From an uncultured Vicinamibacteraceae bacterium (GTDB lineage: Bacteria > Acidobacteriota > Vicinamibacteria > Vicinamibacterales > UBA8438): 64,000 nt of DNA. The stretch is taken from contig CAZWUJ010000013.1 in assembly GCA_964636705.1 (NCBI GenBank), forward strand, positions 25,574-89,573. The letters are read 5' to 3'. Positions 29,491 through 38,821 of this stretch are shown here, piece after piece (the first letter of the stretch is position 1; every line of letters starts with the position of its first letter). A program made the position numbers and the translations under genes. Under the pieces are notes generated by a model. That model saw only the letters and a program-made list of their open reading frames with translations, was not told the DNA's origin and searched no databases.

Positions 29491-30060
29491 ATGTCGTTTC
29501 GCAACGCAGTCATCGGCGGCATGTTGGGCATCATGATGGCAGTACCCGGACAGGCAGCAGCGCAGAACCCCACCGTGGTGATGGAGACCAGCATGGGCAA
29601 CATCACCATCGAGCTTCTCCAGCAGGAGGCGCCGATCACCGTGGAAAACTTCCTCCAGTACGTCGATGACGGCTTCTTTGGGGGAACCGTCTTCCACCGG
29701 GTGATCGAGGGCTTCATGATCCAGGGCGGCGGGCTCACCGCCAACCTCACGGAGAAGCAGACCCGCGCCCCGATCACGAACGAAGCGAACAACGGCGTCA
29801 GCAACGCGCGCGGGACGATCGCGATGGCGCGAACCAACGTGGTCGACAGCGCTACCGCGCAGTTCTTCATCAACACCGTCGACAATGCCCGCAGCCTCGA
29901 TCACCAGGGTCCACAGAACTACGGCTACGCCGTCTTTGGCCGCGTGACCGAGGGCATGGACGTGGTGGACGCGATCGCCGGGGTCGCGACAGGGCGGCAG
30001 GGTCCGCACCAGAACGTCCCCGTCGAGCCGATCACCATCAACGCCGTTACGCGACAGTAG
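29491..30060 (+). CDS. Secreted cyclophilin-type peptidyl-prolyl isomerase
   Basis: 'METSMGNITIELLQQEAPITVENFLQY', 'FHRVIEGFMIQGGG' and 'GTIAMART...SATAQFFIN'. Signal peptide 'MLGIMMAVPGQAAAQ'. Confidence 0.9.
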   Translation: MSFRNAVIGGMLGIMMAVPGQAAAQNPTVVMETSMGNITIELLQQEAPITVENFLQYVDDGFFGGTVFHRVIEGFMIQGGGLTANLTEKQTRAPITNEANNGVSNARGTIAMARTNVVDSATAQFFINTVDNARSLDHQGPQNYGYAVFGRVTEGMDVVDAIAGVATGRQGPHQNVPVEPITINAVTRQ

Positions 30061-30070
30061 CCGGATTCCC

Positions 30071-30685
30071 ATGATGTATTGCACCCGCCGGAGTAGCTTC
30101 GCCGCCGTTGTCTGCCTTGCGTTCCTCCTTGCCGTCTCCGGTCCCCTGCCGGCGGCGGCCCAGGAGCCGCCCCCCAATCCGCGCGTCGTCGTCGAAACCT
30201 CGATGGGCGACTTCACCATCGAGCTGCTGCGACCCGATGCGCCGGCGTCGGTCGCCAACTTCCTCACCTACGTCCAGGACGGCTACTACGACGGCACGGT
30301 CTTCCACCGGGTGCTCCGGGGTGTGATCATCCAGGGTGGAGGACTGACCGAAGACCTGATGCCGAAGCTCGAGGGGCTACGGGGGCCCATACTGAACGAG
30401 GCCACCAACCGCGTGCCGCACCGGCGCGGAACCGTAGCCATGGCCCGGCTCGGGGAACCGAATACCGCCCGCTCGCAGTTCTTCATCAATATCGACCACA
30501 ACGACACGTTCAATCACCGGGATCGGACCACCCGGGGTTACGGCTACGCCGTCTTCGGACGGGTCGTCGACGGAATGGACGTGGTGGAAGACATATCGCG
30601 GGTCCGAACCACACGCGTCGATCGGATGCAGGACGTCCCCCGCGAAACGGTCTTCATCGAGACCATCCGCCGCGTCGAGCCCTGA
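30071..30685 (+). CDS. Secreted cyclophilin-type peptidyl-prolyl isomerase (paralog)
   Basis: 'ETSMGDFTIELLRPDAPASVANFLTY', 'FHRVLRGVIIQGGG' and 'GTVAMARLGEPNTARSQFFIN'. Confidence 0.9.
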   Translation: MMYCTRRSSFAAVVCLAFLLAVSGPLPAAAQEPPPNPRVVVETSMGDFTIELLRPDAPASVANFLTYVQDGYYDGTVFHRVLRGVIIQGGGLTEDLMPKLEGLRGPILNEATNRVPHRRGTVAMARLGEPNTARSQFFINIDHNDTFNHRDRTTRGYGYAVFGRVVDGMDVVEDISRVRTTRVDRMQDVPRETVFIETIRRVEP

Positions 30686-30708
30686 CGAACGCCGCAACCA
30701 TTCGCGGC

Positions 30709-33543
30709 ATGCCTTCAGCGTCAGGCGTCGGCCCGAACGTGGAGGAGCGTGTCCTCGACGTCATTGCCGAGCTGGCTGGCGAGTTGCGCGGCGGGGCGGA
30801 GGGCGGCGCGGTTGAGGTCAAGAGCGGCGACTCGCTGGAACGCGACCTCGGAATCAGCAGCCTGGAACGGGTAGAGCTGCTGATCCGCCTGGAGCGCAGT
30901 TTCGGCATCCGCCTGGGCGACGACGCCATGATGGCGGCGGAGACGCCGGCCGACCTGGCCGCGGCCATCGCCCGGGCCGCTGCCGCGCCGGCCGTCGCGA
31001 AGACGCCTGCTTCCGGGGTTGGCGCGCTCGGGGAGGCGGCGCCCGCCGCCGAATCGAGAGTCGCCACTCCCTCGGCGGAGGGCCCGCCGGCGCATGCGCA
31101 GACCATTATCGAGGCGCTTGCCTGGCACGTCGAGCGGACGCCCGACCGCGTCCACATGCACCTGCGCGAGGACGACGGCAACGAGGTCACGCTGACCTAC
31201 GGCTGGCTCTGGGACGAAGCCCGCGCCGTGGCCGGCGGTCTGACGGCGCGCGGCCTCGGACGGGGCGACCGCGTCGCCCTCATGCTCAGAACCGAGCGGG
31301 CGTTCTTTCCCACCTTCATCGGGACGCTGATGGCGGGCTGTGTTCCCGCGCCCCTCTACCCGCCGTTCCGGGCCGACCGGATCGAGGAGTACGCGGCGCG
31401 GCAGGTGGCCATTCTCCGCAACGCGGGCGCGCGGCTCCTGGTCGCGTTCGCCGAGGTGCAGCGCGTGGCGGCGCTGCTGAAGCAGCAGGCGCCGTCGCTC
31501 GAGGCGGTCGTCGGAACGGACGAGCTCCCGGGCGAGGCGCGGCGCCCGGTCCCGACCACGGGAGACGACCCCGCGCTCATCCAGTACACCTCCGGCAGCA
31601 CCGGCGAGCCGAAGGGCGTCCTGCTCACCAACGCCAACGTGCTGGCCAACATCCGGGCCATCATCGAGCGCCTCGGCTTTGCAGGGAATGACGTTGGCGT
31701 GAGCTGGCTGCCGCTCTACCACGACATGGGGCTGATCGGCGCCTGGCTGGGCACGCTCTACACCGGCGCGCCGCTCGTGCTGATGTCGCCGCTCGCGTTT
31801 CTCGCGCGTCCCGTCCGCTGGCTGCAGGCGCTCTCCACGCACCGCGGCACCGTCTCGCCGGCGCCCAACTTCGCTTACGACCTCTGCGTGTCGCGCATTT
31901 CCGATGACGAACTGGACGGACTGGATCTGCGCTCGGTACGCACCCTGCTCAACGGATCCGAGGCGGTCTCGCCCGACACGCTGCGACGCTTCAACGAGCG
32001 GTTCGCACCGTACGGACTCGATCCGACGGCGATCCTGCCCGTCTACGGCCTTGCCGAATGCACGGTCGGACTCGCCACGCCGACGGTTGGAACGCCGTTC
32101 CGGATCGATCGGATCGACCGGGAACGCTACGAGTTGTCAGGCGAGGCGGCAGCGGCGGCAGCGGACGACGCCCACGCGCTGGAGTTCGTCTCGTGCGGCC
32201 GGGTGCTGGCAGGCCACGACATGGCGGTGGTCGACGACGCGAACGCCCGGGTGCCGGAACGCCGCCGCGGCCGAATCCGATTCCGCGGCCCATCGGCAAC
32301 ACGGGGCTACTTCCGCAACCCGGAGGCGACCAGCACGCTGATCGGCGACGACGGCTGGCTCGAGACGGGCGACGTCGGCTACATCGCGGACGGCGATCTC
32401 TTCATCACCGGCCGTTCGAAGGACCTGATCATCAAGGCCGGCCGCAACCTCGCGCCGCCCGAAGCAGAAGAGCTGGCCAGCGCCGTCGACGGCATCCGCG
32501 CCGGCTGCGTCGCCGCCTTCGGCGTGCGCGATGAGGCACGGGGAACCGAACAGTTCATCGTCGTCGCAGAGACTCGCGTAACCGATGCCAAGGCGCGAAC
32601 CACACTCCGCCAGGCAGTGAACCGGGCGATCACCGGCGCGATGGGCGTCGCCCCGGATCGGATTGTGCTGGCGCCGCCGGGATCGGTCCTCAAGACGTCG
32701 AGCGGCAAGATTCGCCGCGGCGCAACGCGCGACGCCTGGCTCAGCGGAGCCATCGACCGGGGCCGCTCCAACATGGTGGCTCAGTGGATCCGCCTCGGGG
32801 CCGGGGCGGCGGGCGCGATGGTAGGCCGGGTAGCCGGACGCGCGGGACACATCCTTTTTTCCGGCTATGCCTACACGCTCGTGTTCGGCACCGCCATCCC
32901 CGCTTCGGTGCTCCTGCGGTTCTGGCCCCGCAGCCGGCCATCGGATGCGCTCATCGGCCGCTGGACGCGTTTCGTAATGGCGCTCACGCGATGCCCGATC
33001 GACGTGGTGATGCCGGAAAGCGGACGGATCGAGCCGCCCGTCGTCTTCGTCGCCAATCACGCCAGCTTCCTCGATCCGCCGGTGATGATGGCGACTCTGC
33101 CGGTCCCCGCCCGTTTCGCGGCCAAGGCCAAGCTAGCGCGCTATCCGGTGGTCGGCCCCGCGATCCGCAAGGGCGGCCACATCCGCCTGCACAAGACGGA
33201 TCAGGCCCAGCGCATCGAGGATGCGGGCACCATCCGCGGGCCGCTCGACGCGGGCGAGGCGCTCTTCGTCTTCCCCGAGGGAACCTTCGAGCGGGCGCCG
33301 CGCCTCCTCCCCTTCCGGCTCGGCGCCTTCCGCGCCGCCGTCGACGCCGGCTGCCCCATCGTCCCCGTCGCCATCCACGGCACCCGCTACATCTGGCCCG
33401 CCAACACGCTGCTGCTTCGACCCGCCCGCATCACCGTCACGTTCGGAGAGCCGCTACACCCGCGGGGAACCGACTGGTCGGAGATCGTGCGCCTGCGCGA
33501 CGAGGCGCGAGCCTTCATCTCCACGCACTGCCGCGAGCCCTAG
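30709..33543 (+). CDS. Tri-domain ACP / fatty-acyl-AMP ligase / lysophospholipid (PlsC-type) acyltransferase
   Basis: Carrier-protein site 'DLGISSLERVELL', adenylation motifs 'IQYTSGSTGEPKGV', 'YGLAECT' and 'GDVGY...GRSKDLIIKAGRN', and acyltransferase motifs 'ANHASFLDPP' and 'FPEGTF'. Confidence 0.8.
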   Translation: MPSASGVGPNVEERVLDVIAELAGELRGGAEGGAVEVKSGDSLERDLGISSLERVELLIRLERSFGIRLGDDAMMAAETPADLAAAIARAAAAPAVAKTPASGVGALGEAAPAAESRVATPSAEGPPAHAQTIIEALAWHVERTPDRVHMHLREDDGNEVTLTYGWLWDEARAVAGGLTARGLGRGDRVALMLRTERAFFPTFIGTLMAGCVPAPLYPPFRADRIEEYAARQVAILRNAGARLLVAFAEVQRVAALLKQQAPSLEAVVGTDELPGEARRPVPTTGDDPALIQYTSGSTGEPKGVLLTNANVLANIRAIIERLGFAGNDVGVSWLPLYHDMGLIGAWLGTLYTGAPLVLMSPLAFLARPVRWLQALSTHRGTVSPAPNFAYDLCVSRISDDELDGLDLRSVRTLLNGSEAVSPDTLRRFNERFAPYGLDPTAILPVYGLAECTVGLATPTVGTPFRIDRIDRERYELSGEAAAAAADDAHALEFVSCGRVLAGHDMAVVDDANARVPERRRGRIRFRGPSATRGYFRNPEATSTLIGDDGWLETGDVGYIADGDLFITGRSKDLIIKAGRNLAPPEAEELASAVDGIRAGCVAAFGVRDEARGTEQFIVVAETRVTDAKARTTLRQAVNRAITGAMGVAPDRIVLAPPGSVLKTSSGKIRRGATRDAWLSGAIDRGRSNMVAQWIRLGAGAAGAMVGRVAGRAGHILFSGYAYTLVFGTAIPASVLLRFWPRSRPSDALIGRWTRFVMALTRCPIDVVMPESGRIEPPVVFVANHASFLDPPVMMATLPVPARFAAKAKLARYPVVGPAIRKGGHIRLHKTDQAQRIEDAGTIRGPLDAGEALFVFPEGTFERAPRLLPFRLGAFRAAVDAGCPIVPVAIHGTRYIWPANTLLLRPARITVTFGEPLHPRGTDWSEIVRLRDEARAFISTHCREP

Positions 33544-33559
33544 CCGCTGCCCCGGCCTT

Positions 33560-33690
33560 GGTCCGCCGGCCTCCAGGCCGGCCTTGGTGCTCCCGCATTG
33601 GTCCGCCGGCCTCCAGGCCGGCACGGTTCCCACGGTCCGCCGGCCTCCAGGCCGGCACGGTTCCCACGGTCCGCCGGCCTCCAGGCCGGC
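33560..33690. repeat. Array of four REP-like hairpin units
   Basis: GGTCCGCCGGCCTCCAGGCCGGC occurs at 33560-82, 33600-22, 33634-56 and 33668-90, with spacing 40, 34 and 34 nt. The spacer ACGGTTCCCAC is repeated. The array starts 16 nt after the stop of the tri-domain gene. Confidence 0.85.
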
Positions 33691-33738
33691 ACTAGCTCCT
33701 CCGAAAGCTCCTTGAAGAGACCGAGGATTCGCTCGCGA

Positions 33739-34155
33739 TCAAGGAACCCACTTATGCCGTTCTCCACCCCGGCTGTCGAGATCACGCGGGTCTGGTAGCG
33801 CCCCGTGCCGCAGGAACGCGCCCGGCGCGAATACCAACGCGTTCATCCGAATCGACCGGATAGGTGACACGACCCAGGTCCTGTCGAGGAACCGTTCCGG
33901 CTCGTCCACCCATGCCGGCGGTTCGTGCCCGTGAAGTCGCGCCACGTGCTCCACCACCGCGGCCAGGAGCGCGTCCCACTTGGTGTGCGTCAGTGGCACC
34001 CGCTCCGCCAGCGCTTCCCTTTGCTCCGCCTCGCTACAGGCATGGAATCCCCGCGGCAAGCCGTGCACGACCATCCGATAGATGTCCGTTTCCGGCCAAC
34101 CCTCCGCGACTCCCTTGATGTAGTTCGACAAAGAGAAACGCAATGTTCCGCTCAT
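33739..34155 (-). CDS. Hypothetical protein
   Basis: ORF read from ATG 34155 ('MSGTLRFSLSNYIKGVAEGW...'). No motif recognised. The coding call rests only on length and position. Confidence 0.4.
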   Translation of the reverse strand: MSGTLRFSLSNYIKGVAEGWPETDIYRMVVHGLPRGFHACSEAEQREALAERVPLTHTKWDALLAAVVEHVARLHGHEPPAWVDEPERFLDRTWVVSPIRSIRMNALVFAPGAFLRHGALPDPRDLDSRGGERHKWVP

Positions 34156-34244
34156 CGTTAGCAAAGTACACCCTTGAGTAGCGCGACGGCGTGAGCCGAT
34201 TCCTCCCTCGTTTGCGCACCACCAAACAGGGGGAGGAAACACCG

Positions 34245-34814
34245 ATGCGGAGCTCACCGATCGCCCTGTCTGCCGTCGCCAGCACCCTGGCGCTTGCCGT
34301 CCTGGCCCCGTGGCCGGCCAACGGCCAGACCCGAGCCCCCGACGTCCGGGTCACGTGGGGCTACAACTTCGGCCTGGATGACACACCGCCTCATGGCCTC
34401 GTCGGCGGTCTCTCGGTTACGACCCCGGTCACGGATCACATTCGCGTCGGCGGCGAAGCCCAGAAGGTCAACCAGTTCGGCCCTTACTACGACTACAAGG
34501 GCCGCGCGCTGCTCGCGCGCGCCCTCGTCGAGTACGAACTGCTCCCGGGACGGCGTTTCAACCCCTACTGGATGGTCGGCGCCGGCCCCACGCAATACCG
34601 CACGCGCTATCCGGTCGGCTACGTCTACGACGAGGCCCTCGACGACTACATCCCGATCGACGCCTTCGAATGGGATGTCCAGCACCGTTTCCATTTCACG
34701 GGCGGCATCGGCCTCCGCGCCTATGTCAGCGACCACATCTTCGTGAATCCCGAACTACGTCTCGGACTTCTTCCGCTCGTTCAGGGAACCATCGCGGTTG
34801 GGGTCTCGTTCTGA
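34245..34814 (+). CDS. Small outer-membrane beta-barrel protein
   Basis: GGGAGGA lies upstream of ATG 34245. Signal peptide 'ALSAVASTLALAVLAPWPANGQ'. Alternating aromatic beta-strand pattern with terminal 'GTIAVGVSF'. Confidence 0.6.
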   Translation: MRSSPIALSAVASTLALAVLAPWPANGQTRAPDVRVTWGYNFGLDDTPPHGLVGGLSVTTPVTDHIRVGGEAQKVNQFGPYYDYKGRALLARALVEYELLPGRRFNPYWMVGAGPTQYRTRYPVGYVYDEALDDYIPIDAFEWDVQHRFHFTGGIGLRAYVSDHIFVNPELRLGLLPLVQGTIAVGVSF

Positions 34815-34842
34815 GAGCGCCGCCCGACAGGAGAGCAAAACC

Positions 34843-35343
34843 ATGACACATGCACGCACCCCGACACGCTTCACCGTCCTGCTGGCGGCGATCACGCTGC
34901 TGACCGGCTGCGCCACGCTGCGCCCGGCGACATTGCCGCAACCTGTTCCCGACAACACTCCGGACCTGACGCGCTGGGAACGCGTGCAGGTGCTGACTCC
35001 GGGTTCCCGCATCCGCGTCGAACTGGACACGGGCGGGTGGATGCGAGCCCGCTACCGCGATGCGGACGCCGAGACGCTGACCGTGATCAACGGGACCCGG
35101 TCGACCGTGCTGCAGCGGTCGGACGTGAAGCGCGTGCGTCTGGTCAGCACGCGCGCGGGTGAGTTCAGCATGTGGGGCCTGGGCGCCGGCAGCGCGGCCG
35201 GCGCCGTCCTGGGCATGCTCGTCGACGAGGCGGGCGGTGGCGCGGTTGCGTTCACCACCCCGTGGTTCGGTGGCGTCGGCGCCGCGGCGGGCGCGTTGCT
35301 CGGGCTGACGCCGCTGGAGTCGACCGTCTACGAGGCGCCGTGA
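34843..35343 (+). CDS. Lipoprotein with C-terminal Gly-zipper
   Basis: Lipobox 'LLTGC' after 'MTHARTPTRFTVLLAAITLL'. C-terminus 'GLGAGSAAGAVLGMLV...GGVGAAAGALLGL'. Confidence 0.6.
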   Translation: MTHARTPTRFTVLLAAITLLTGCATLRPATLPQPVPDNTPDLTRWERVQVLTPGSRIRVELDTGGWMRARYRDADAETLTVINGTRSTVLQRSDVKRVRLVSTRAGEFSMWGLGAGSAAGAVLGMLVDEAGGGAVAFTTPWFGGVGAAAGALLGLTPLESTVYEAP

Positions 35344-35431
35344 AGCCCGTGATATCGTTTGCCCACGCGCACCCAGGTGGCATAGGAAGGCGACGGCGGC
35401 ACTCGCGATTCCCCCTCCCCGGCGCGGATCC

Positions 35432-36465
35432 GTGACGCCGTGGCCCGGCCTGTCGTTCCTTGCCGAGCCGCGTCCGAGCCGCAGCGACCCGACGGGCGTG
35501 CGCCAACCGACGCTGGCGCAGGTGTTCGACGACTCGCTGTTCCTGGTGCAGTCGCACGAAGAGGACAGCGGCGGACGCTTCGCGGCGTGGGGGTGCGCCG
35601 ACTACCAGAACCTGAGCGGTGGCGGCGGCCCCGGGCGCGTCAACTGGAACGGCGACGTATCGAGCTGGCAAGCGGGGGCCGACGCGCGCATCAACCCCGA
35701 CCTTCTGGCCGGCGTCTCCGTGTCGCGGTCGCGGGGCTCGTTCGACTACCAGGGGGTTGGCCGGAACCGGGACGGCGCCGCCGGCTACGAGCTGAAGCTG
35801 ACCAGTTTGCATCCCTATCTGAGCTGGTCGGCCTTGCCGGACCTGGACGTGTGGGGAACCGCCGGCCACGGTTGGGGACGGCTCGTGATCCTGGACGAGC
35901 ATGCGGGAGAGGTCCATGCGAGCCCCGCCACGCTGGACTCGGGCATGGTGGGCGTGAACGGCCGGGTGCTGTCGCGCGGTGCGACGACGTTGAGGTTGAA
36001 GGGCGAATGGGCACTTGCGCAGATGGACGTCGCCCGCTCCCCCGAGGCGTTCGAGGTCCCAACGATGAACATGCGGCGGCTGCGGGTGGGCACTGAAGTC
36101 AACCGCCAGCACGTGTACGCCTCCGGCGTGTCGCTGACTCCCTGGGGGGAGTTCGGCCTGCGCCATGACGGGGGCGACGGGGAGACCGGCTCCGGGCTGG
36201 AACTGGGCGGCGGACTCCGCTACCGGAATCGCGAGGCAGGCCTGATCGCGGAAAGCTACGGCCGCTGGCTCACCGCGCGCAAGGGCACGCTCCGGGAATG
36301 GGGCTTCGGTGCGCTCGTCCGTTTCGCGCCGGGGACCGGCGGCCTCGGCCCGTCGGTGAGCCTGATGCCGTCCTGGGGTGAGACCGCGAGCGGCGTGCGG
36401 CGCCTGTGGGAACGCGGGGCTGCCGACCCGCTGCCTTACGACACGCCGGGCGAGCGTATGCGAAG
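35432..36465 (+). pseudogene. Orphan autotransporter beta-barrel domain, lacking signal peptide and passenger and truncated at the 3' end
   Basis: 'RFAAWGCADYQNLSG', 'WQAGADARINPDLLAGVSVSRSRGSFDY', 'LTSLHPYLSW' and 'GLELGGGLRYRN' look like an autotransporter translocator. Similarity ends near 36460, where the antisense DUF433 gene begins to match. Confidence 0.55.
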
Positions 36466-36659
36466 CAGGCTCGGATGTCGTCACGTTCGAGCCAAGGGTA
36501 GCCCTCCAGCAAGGTCTCGAACGTATCGCCGGCAGCCAGCATGCCAATTACGTGTTCGACCGCCAAGCGCCGATTCCTGATGATGGGCTTTCCGCCGAAG
36601 ATGTCGGGATTCGACGGGATTCGCCGGAGCAGAGCCGCTTCGTCGACGTTGGGTGTCAT
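36270..36659 (-). CDS. DUF433-domain protein with an aberrant C-terminal tail
   Basis: 'IPSNPDIFGGKPIIRNRRLAVEHVIGMLAAGDTFETLLEGYPWLERDDIRACFAYA' is a complete DUF433 domain. The remaining ~50 codons are antisense to the autotransporter remnant. Confidence 0.6.
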   Translation of the reverse strand: MTPNVDEAALLRRIPSNPDIFGGKPIIRNRRLAVEHVIGMLAAGDTFETLLEGYPWLERDDIRACFAYARPACRKAAGRQPRVPTGAARRSRSHPRTASGSPTGRGRRSPARNGRAHRSPIPGACPCAR

Positions 36660-36708
36660 CGCGGGTATCCGTTCATTCTCATGCTACTCGATCGCCGATT
36701 CGCCGACT

Positions 36709-36856
36709 GCCGGCCTGGAGGCCGGCGGACCGACGGAATGCCGGTCTGGAGGCCGGCGGACCGACGGAATGCCGGTCTGGAGGCCGGCGGACCGACGGAA
36801 TGCCGGCGTGGACGCCGGCGGACCAGTAAGAATGCCGGCGTGGACGCCGGCGGACC
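36709..36856. repeat. Array of five REP-like hairpin units (31-32 nt period)
   Basis: Units lie at 36709-31, 36740-62, 36771-93, 36802-24 and 36834-56. The spacer GACGGAAT repeats three times. Stem variants are GCCGGTC/GGCCGGC (T.G) and GCCGGCG/CGCCGGC (compensated). The array ends 1 nt before the topoisomerase B stop codon (36858-36860). Confidence 0.9.
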
Positions 36857-36857
36857 G

Positions 36858-38813
36858 CTAGACGTCGAGGTCGAGGGCCTGGTCGGCCCGTTCCATGATG
36901 AAGCGGAAGCGGGCTGACGGGTCCTTGCCCATGAGGTTGGCGATCACCCGGTCGGTGCGGTGCTGATCGTCGACGGCGACGCGCAGCAGGCGGCGGGTCT
37001 CGGGGTTGAGCGTGGTCTCCCAGAGCACCTTCGGCATCATCTCGCCGAGCCCCTTGAAGCGCGTGATCTCGGGGTTGCCGCGGCCGTTGTTGCGGGCGTT
37101 GACGATGGCGTCGCGGTGGGCGTCGTCGAGCGCCCAGTGGGTCTCCTTGCCGATGTCGACCCGGTAGAGCGGGGGCTGGGCGAGGTAGACCTTGCCGTGC
37201 GCGATCAATTCGGGGAGGAAACGGTAGAAGAAGGTGAGCAGCAGCGTCGCGATGTGGTTCCCGTCGGAGTCCGCGTCGGCCAGGATGATGATGCGGTCGT
37301 AGCGCAGCCGGTCGATATCGAACGTCTTGCCGATGCCGCAGCCGAGCGCGGTGACGAGGTCGGACAGCTCCTTGTTCTCGAAGACCTTCGACGGGGCCGC
37401 GCTCTCGACGTTCAGCACCTTGCCGCGCAGTGGGAGGATGGCCTGGCGCGTCCGGTCGCGCCCCTGCTTCGCCGACCCGCCGGCGGAGTCCCCCTCCACG
37501 ATGAACAGCTCGCTCCCGCCGCGCGCGCTCCCCGTGCAGTCGCTCAGCTTGCCCGGCAGGTTCAGCCGGTTGGTGGTGGCGCTCTTGCGCGTGACCGCCT
37601 GCTGCGCGGCGCGGCTCGCCTGCCGCGCCCGCGCGGCCAGGATGATGCGGGCGACGATGGCCTCGGCCGAGCTGATGTTGTGGTTCAGCCAGTGCTCCAG
37701 TGCGGGACGGATGGCGCCGTCGACAATCGGGGCCAGCTCGGGGTTGTTCAGCCGGTCCTTGGTCTGTCCCTGGAACTGCGGGTCCAGCAGGAAGACGCTG
37801 AGCACCCCGGCCAGTCCTTCCCGGATGTCGTCGGCGGTGAGCGCCACGCCCTTCGGCGTGAGGTTGTGCGTCTCGATGAAGTTGCGGACCGCCTTGCCCA
37901 GTCCCGCGCGCAGTCCGGTCTCGTGGGTGCCGCCGGAGCCGGTCGGGATGCCGTTGACGTAGCTGCGGAACCGCTCGTCGGTCGCCTCGGTCCAGCGCAG
38001 CGCCACCTCGATGCGCGTCCCGCTCTCGGCATGGTCGCGCTGGAGGACGAACGCGGCGTCGTGCACCGGCGCGGCGTCCATCTCCTTGACGATCCGGGCG
38101 AGATAGTCGGGCAGCCCGTCGTCGTGGCGGAACTTCTCCTCGGTCCCGCGCGCCTCGTTCTCGAAGATGAACTCGACGCCACCGTGGATGTAGCTCGCAA
38201 TCTCGATCCGCTCCCGGAGCAGCGCCTCGTCGAACGCCGTCTTCGGAAAGATGCGCGGGTCGGGCCGGAACCGGACGGTCGTGCCGGAGCCGCGCGCCGC
38301 CTTCACCCTGGCGAGCGGCCCGGCCGGCTTGCCGCGCCGGAACGTCTGCCGCCACAGCGCGCCGTCGCGCTTCGACTCCGCCACCAGCTCTGCCGACAGC
38401 GCGTTCACGACGCTGGCCCCGACGCCGTGCAGGCCGCCCGCGGCCCGGTACGACCCGTTCCCGAACTTCCCGCCGGCGTGCAGCGTCGTGAAGATCACCT
38501 CCAGCGCGCTCTTGCGGCTGCCCTTGTGCTGATCCACCGGGATGCCGCGGCCGTCGTCCGACACCGTGATCGCCGACCCCTTCGCGTGCAGCGTCAGGCG
38601 CACCTGCCGGGCATGGCCGTTCATCGCCTCGTCGACCGCGTTGTCGAAGATCTCCCAGACCAGGTGGTGCAGGCCGGCGGGTCCGACGCCGCCGATGTAC
38701 ATCCCGGGCCGCTTGCGGACGGGCGCGAGGCCTTCGAGAACGGTGATGTCCTTCGCCGTATATGACTGCGCCACGGTCCTGTCCGTCCGGAGGGGGGATC
38801 CGAAGCTTACCAT
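36858..38813 (-). CDS. Type IIA topoisomerase subunit B (GyrB/ParE family)
   Basis: 'LEGLAPVRKRPGMYIGG', 'GLHHLVWEIFDNAVDEA', 'DDGRGIPV', Toprim 'ELFIVEGDSAGGSAKQGRDR' and 'IIILADADSDGNHI'. Confidence 0.9.
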   Translation of the reverse strand: MVSFGSPLRTDRTVAQSYTAKDITVLEGLAPVRKRPGMYIGGVGPAGLHHLVWEIFDNAVDEAMNGHARQVRLTLHAKGSAITVSDDGRGIPVDQHKGSRKSALEVIFTTLHAGGKFGNGSYRAAGGLHGVGASVVNALSAELVAESKRDGALWRQTFRRGKPAGPLARVKAARGSGTTVRFRPDPRIFPKTAFDEALLRERIEIASYIHGGVEFIFENEARGTEEKFRHDDGLPDYLARIVKEMDAAPVHDAAFVLQRDHAESGTRIEVALRWTEATDERFRSYVNGIPTGSGGTHETGLRAGLGKAVRNFIETHNLTPKGVALTADDIREGLAGVLSVFLLDPQFQGQTKDRLNNPELAPIVDGAIRPALEHWLNHNISSAEAIVARIILAARARQASRAAQQAVTRKSATTNRLNLPGKLSDCTGSARGGSELFIVEGDSAGGSAKQGRDRTRQAILPLRGKVLNVESAAPSKVFENKELSDLVTALGCGIGKTFDIDRLRYDRIIILADADSDGNHIATLLLTFFYRFLPELIAHGKVYLAQPPLYRVDIGKETHWALDDAHRDAIVNARNNGRGNPEITRFKGLGEMMPKVLWETTLNPETRRLLRVAVDDQHRTDRVIANLMGKDPSARFRFIMERADQALDLDV

Positions 38814-38821
38814 GCGCCCCG

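Noticed and set aside
35252-36547. 431-aa minus-strand ORF
   Set aside because: It is antisense to the autotransporter-barrel remnant and the lipoprotein 3' end. It has no motifs and a shadow-ORF composition.
33560-36856. Possible CRISPR arrays, given regularly spaced 23-nt repeats at 33560-33690 and 36709-36856
   Set aside because: The spacers are only 8-17 nt and are themselves identical within an array. The arrays have 4-5 units, the repeat is a simple hairpin that also occurs singly and in inverted pairs, and no cas genes are present.
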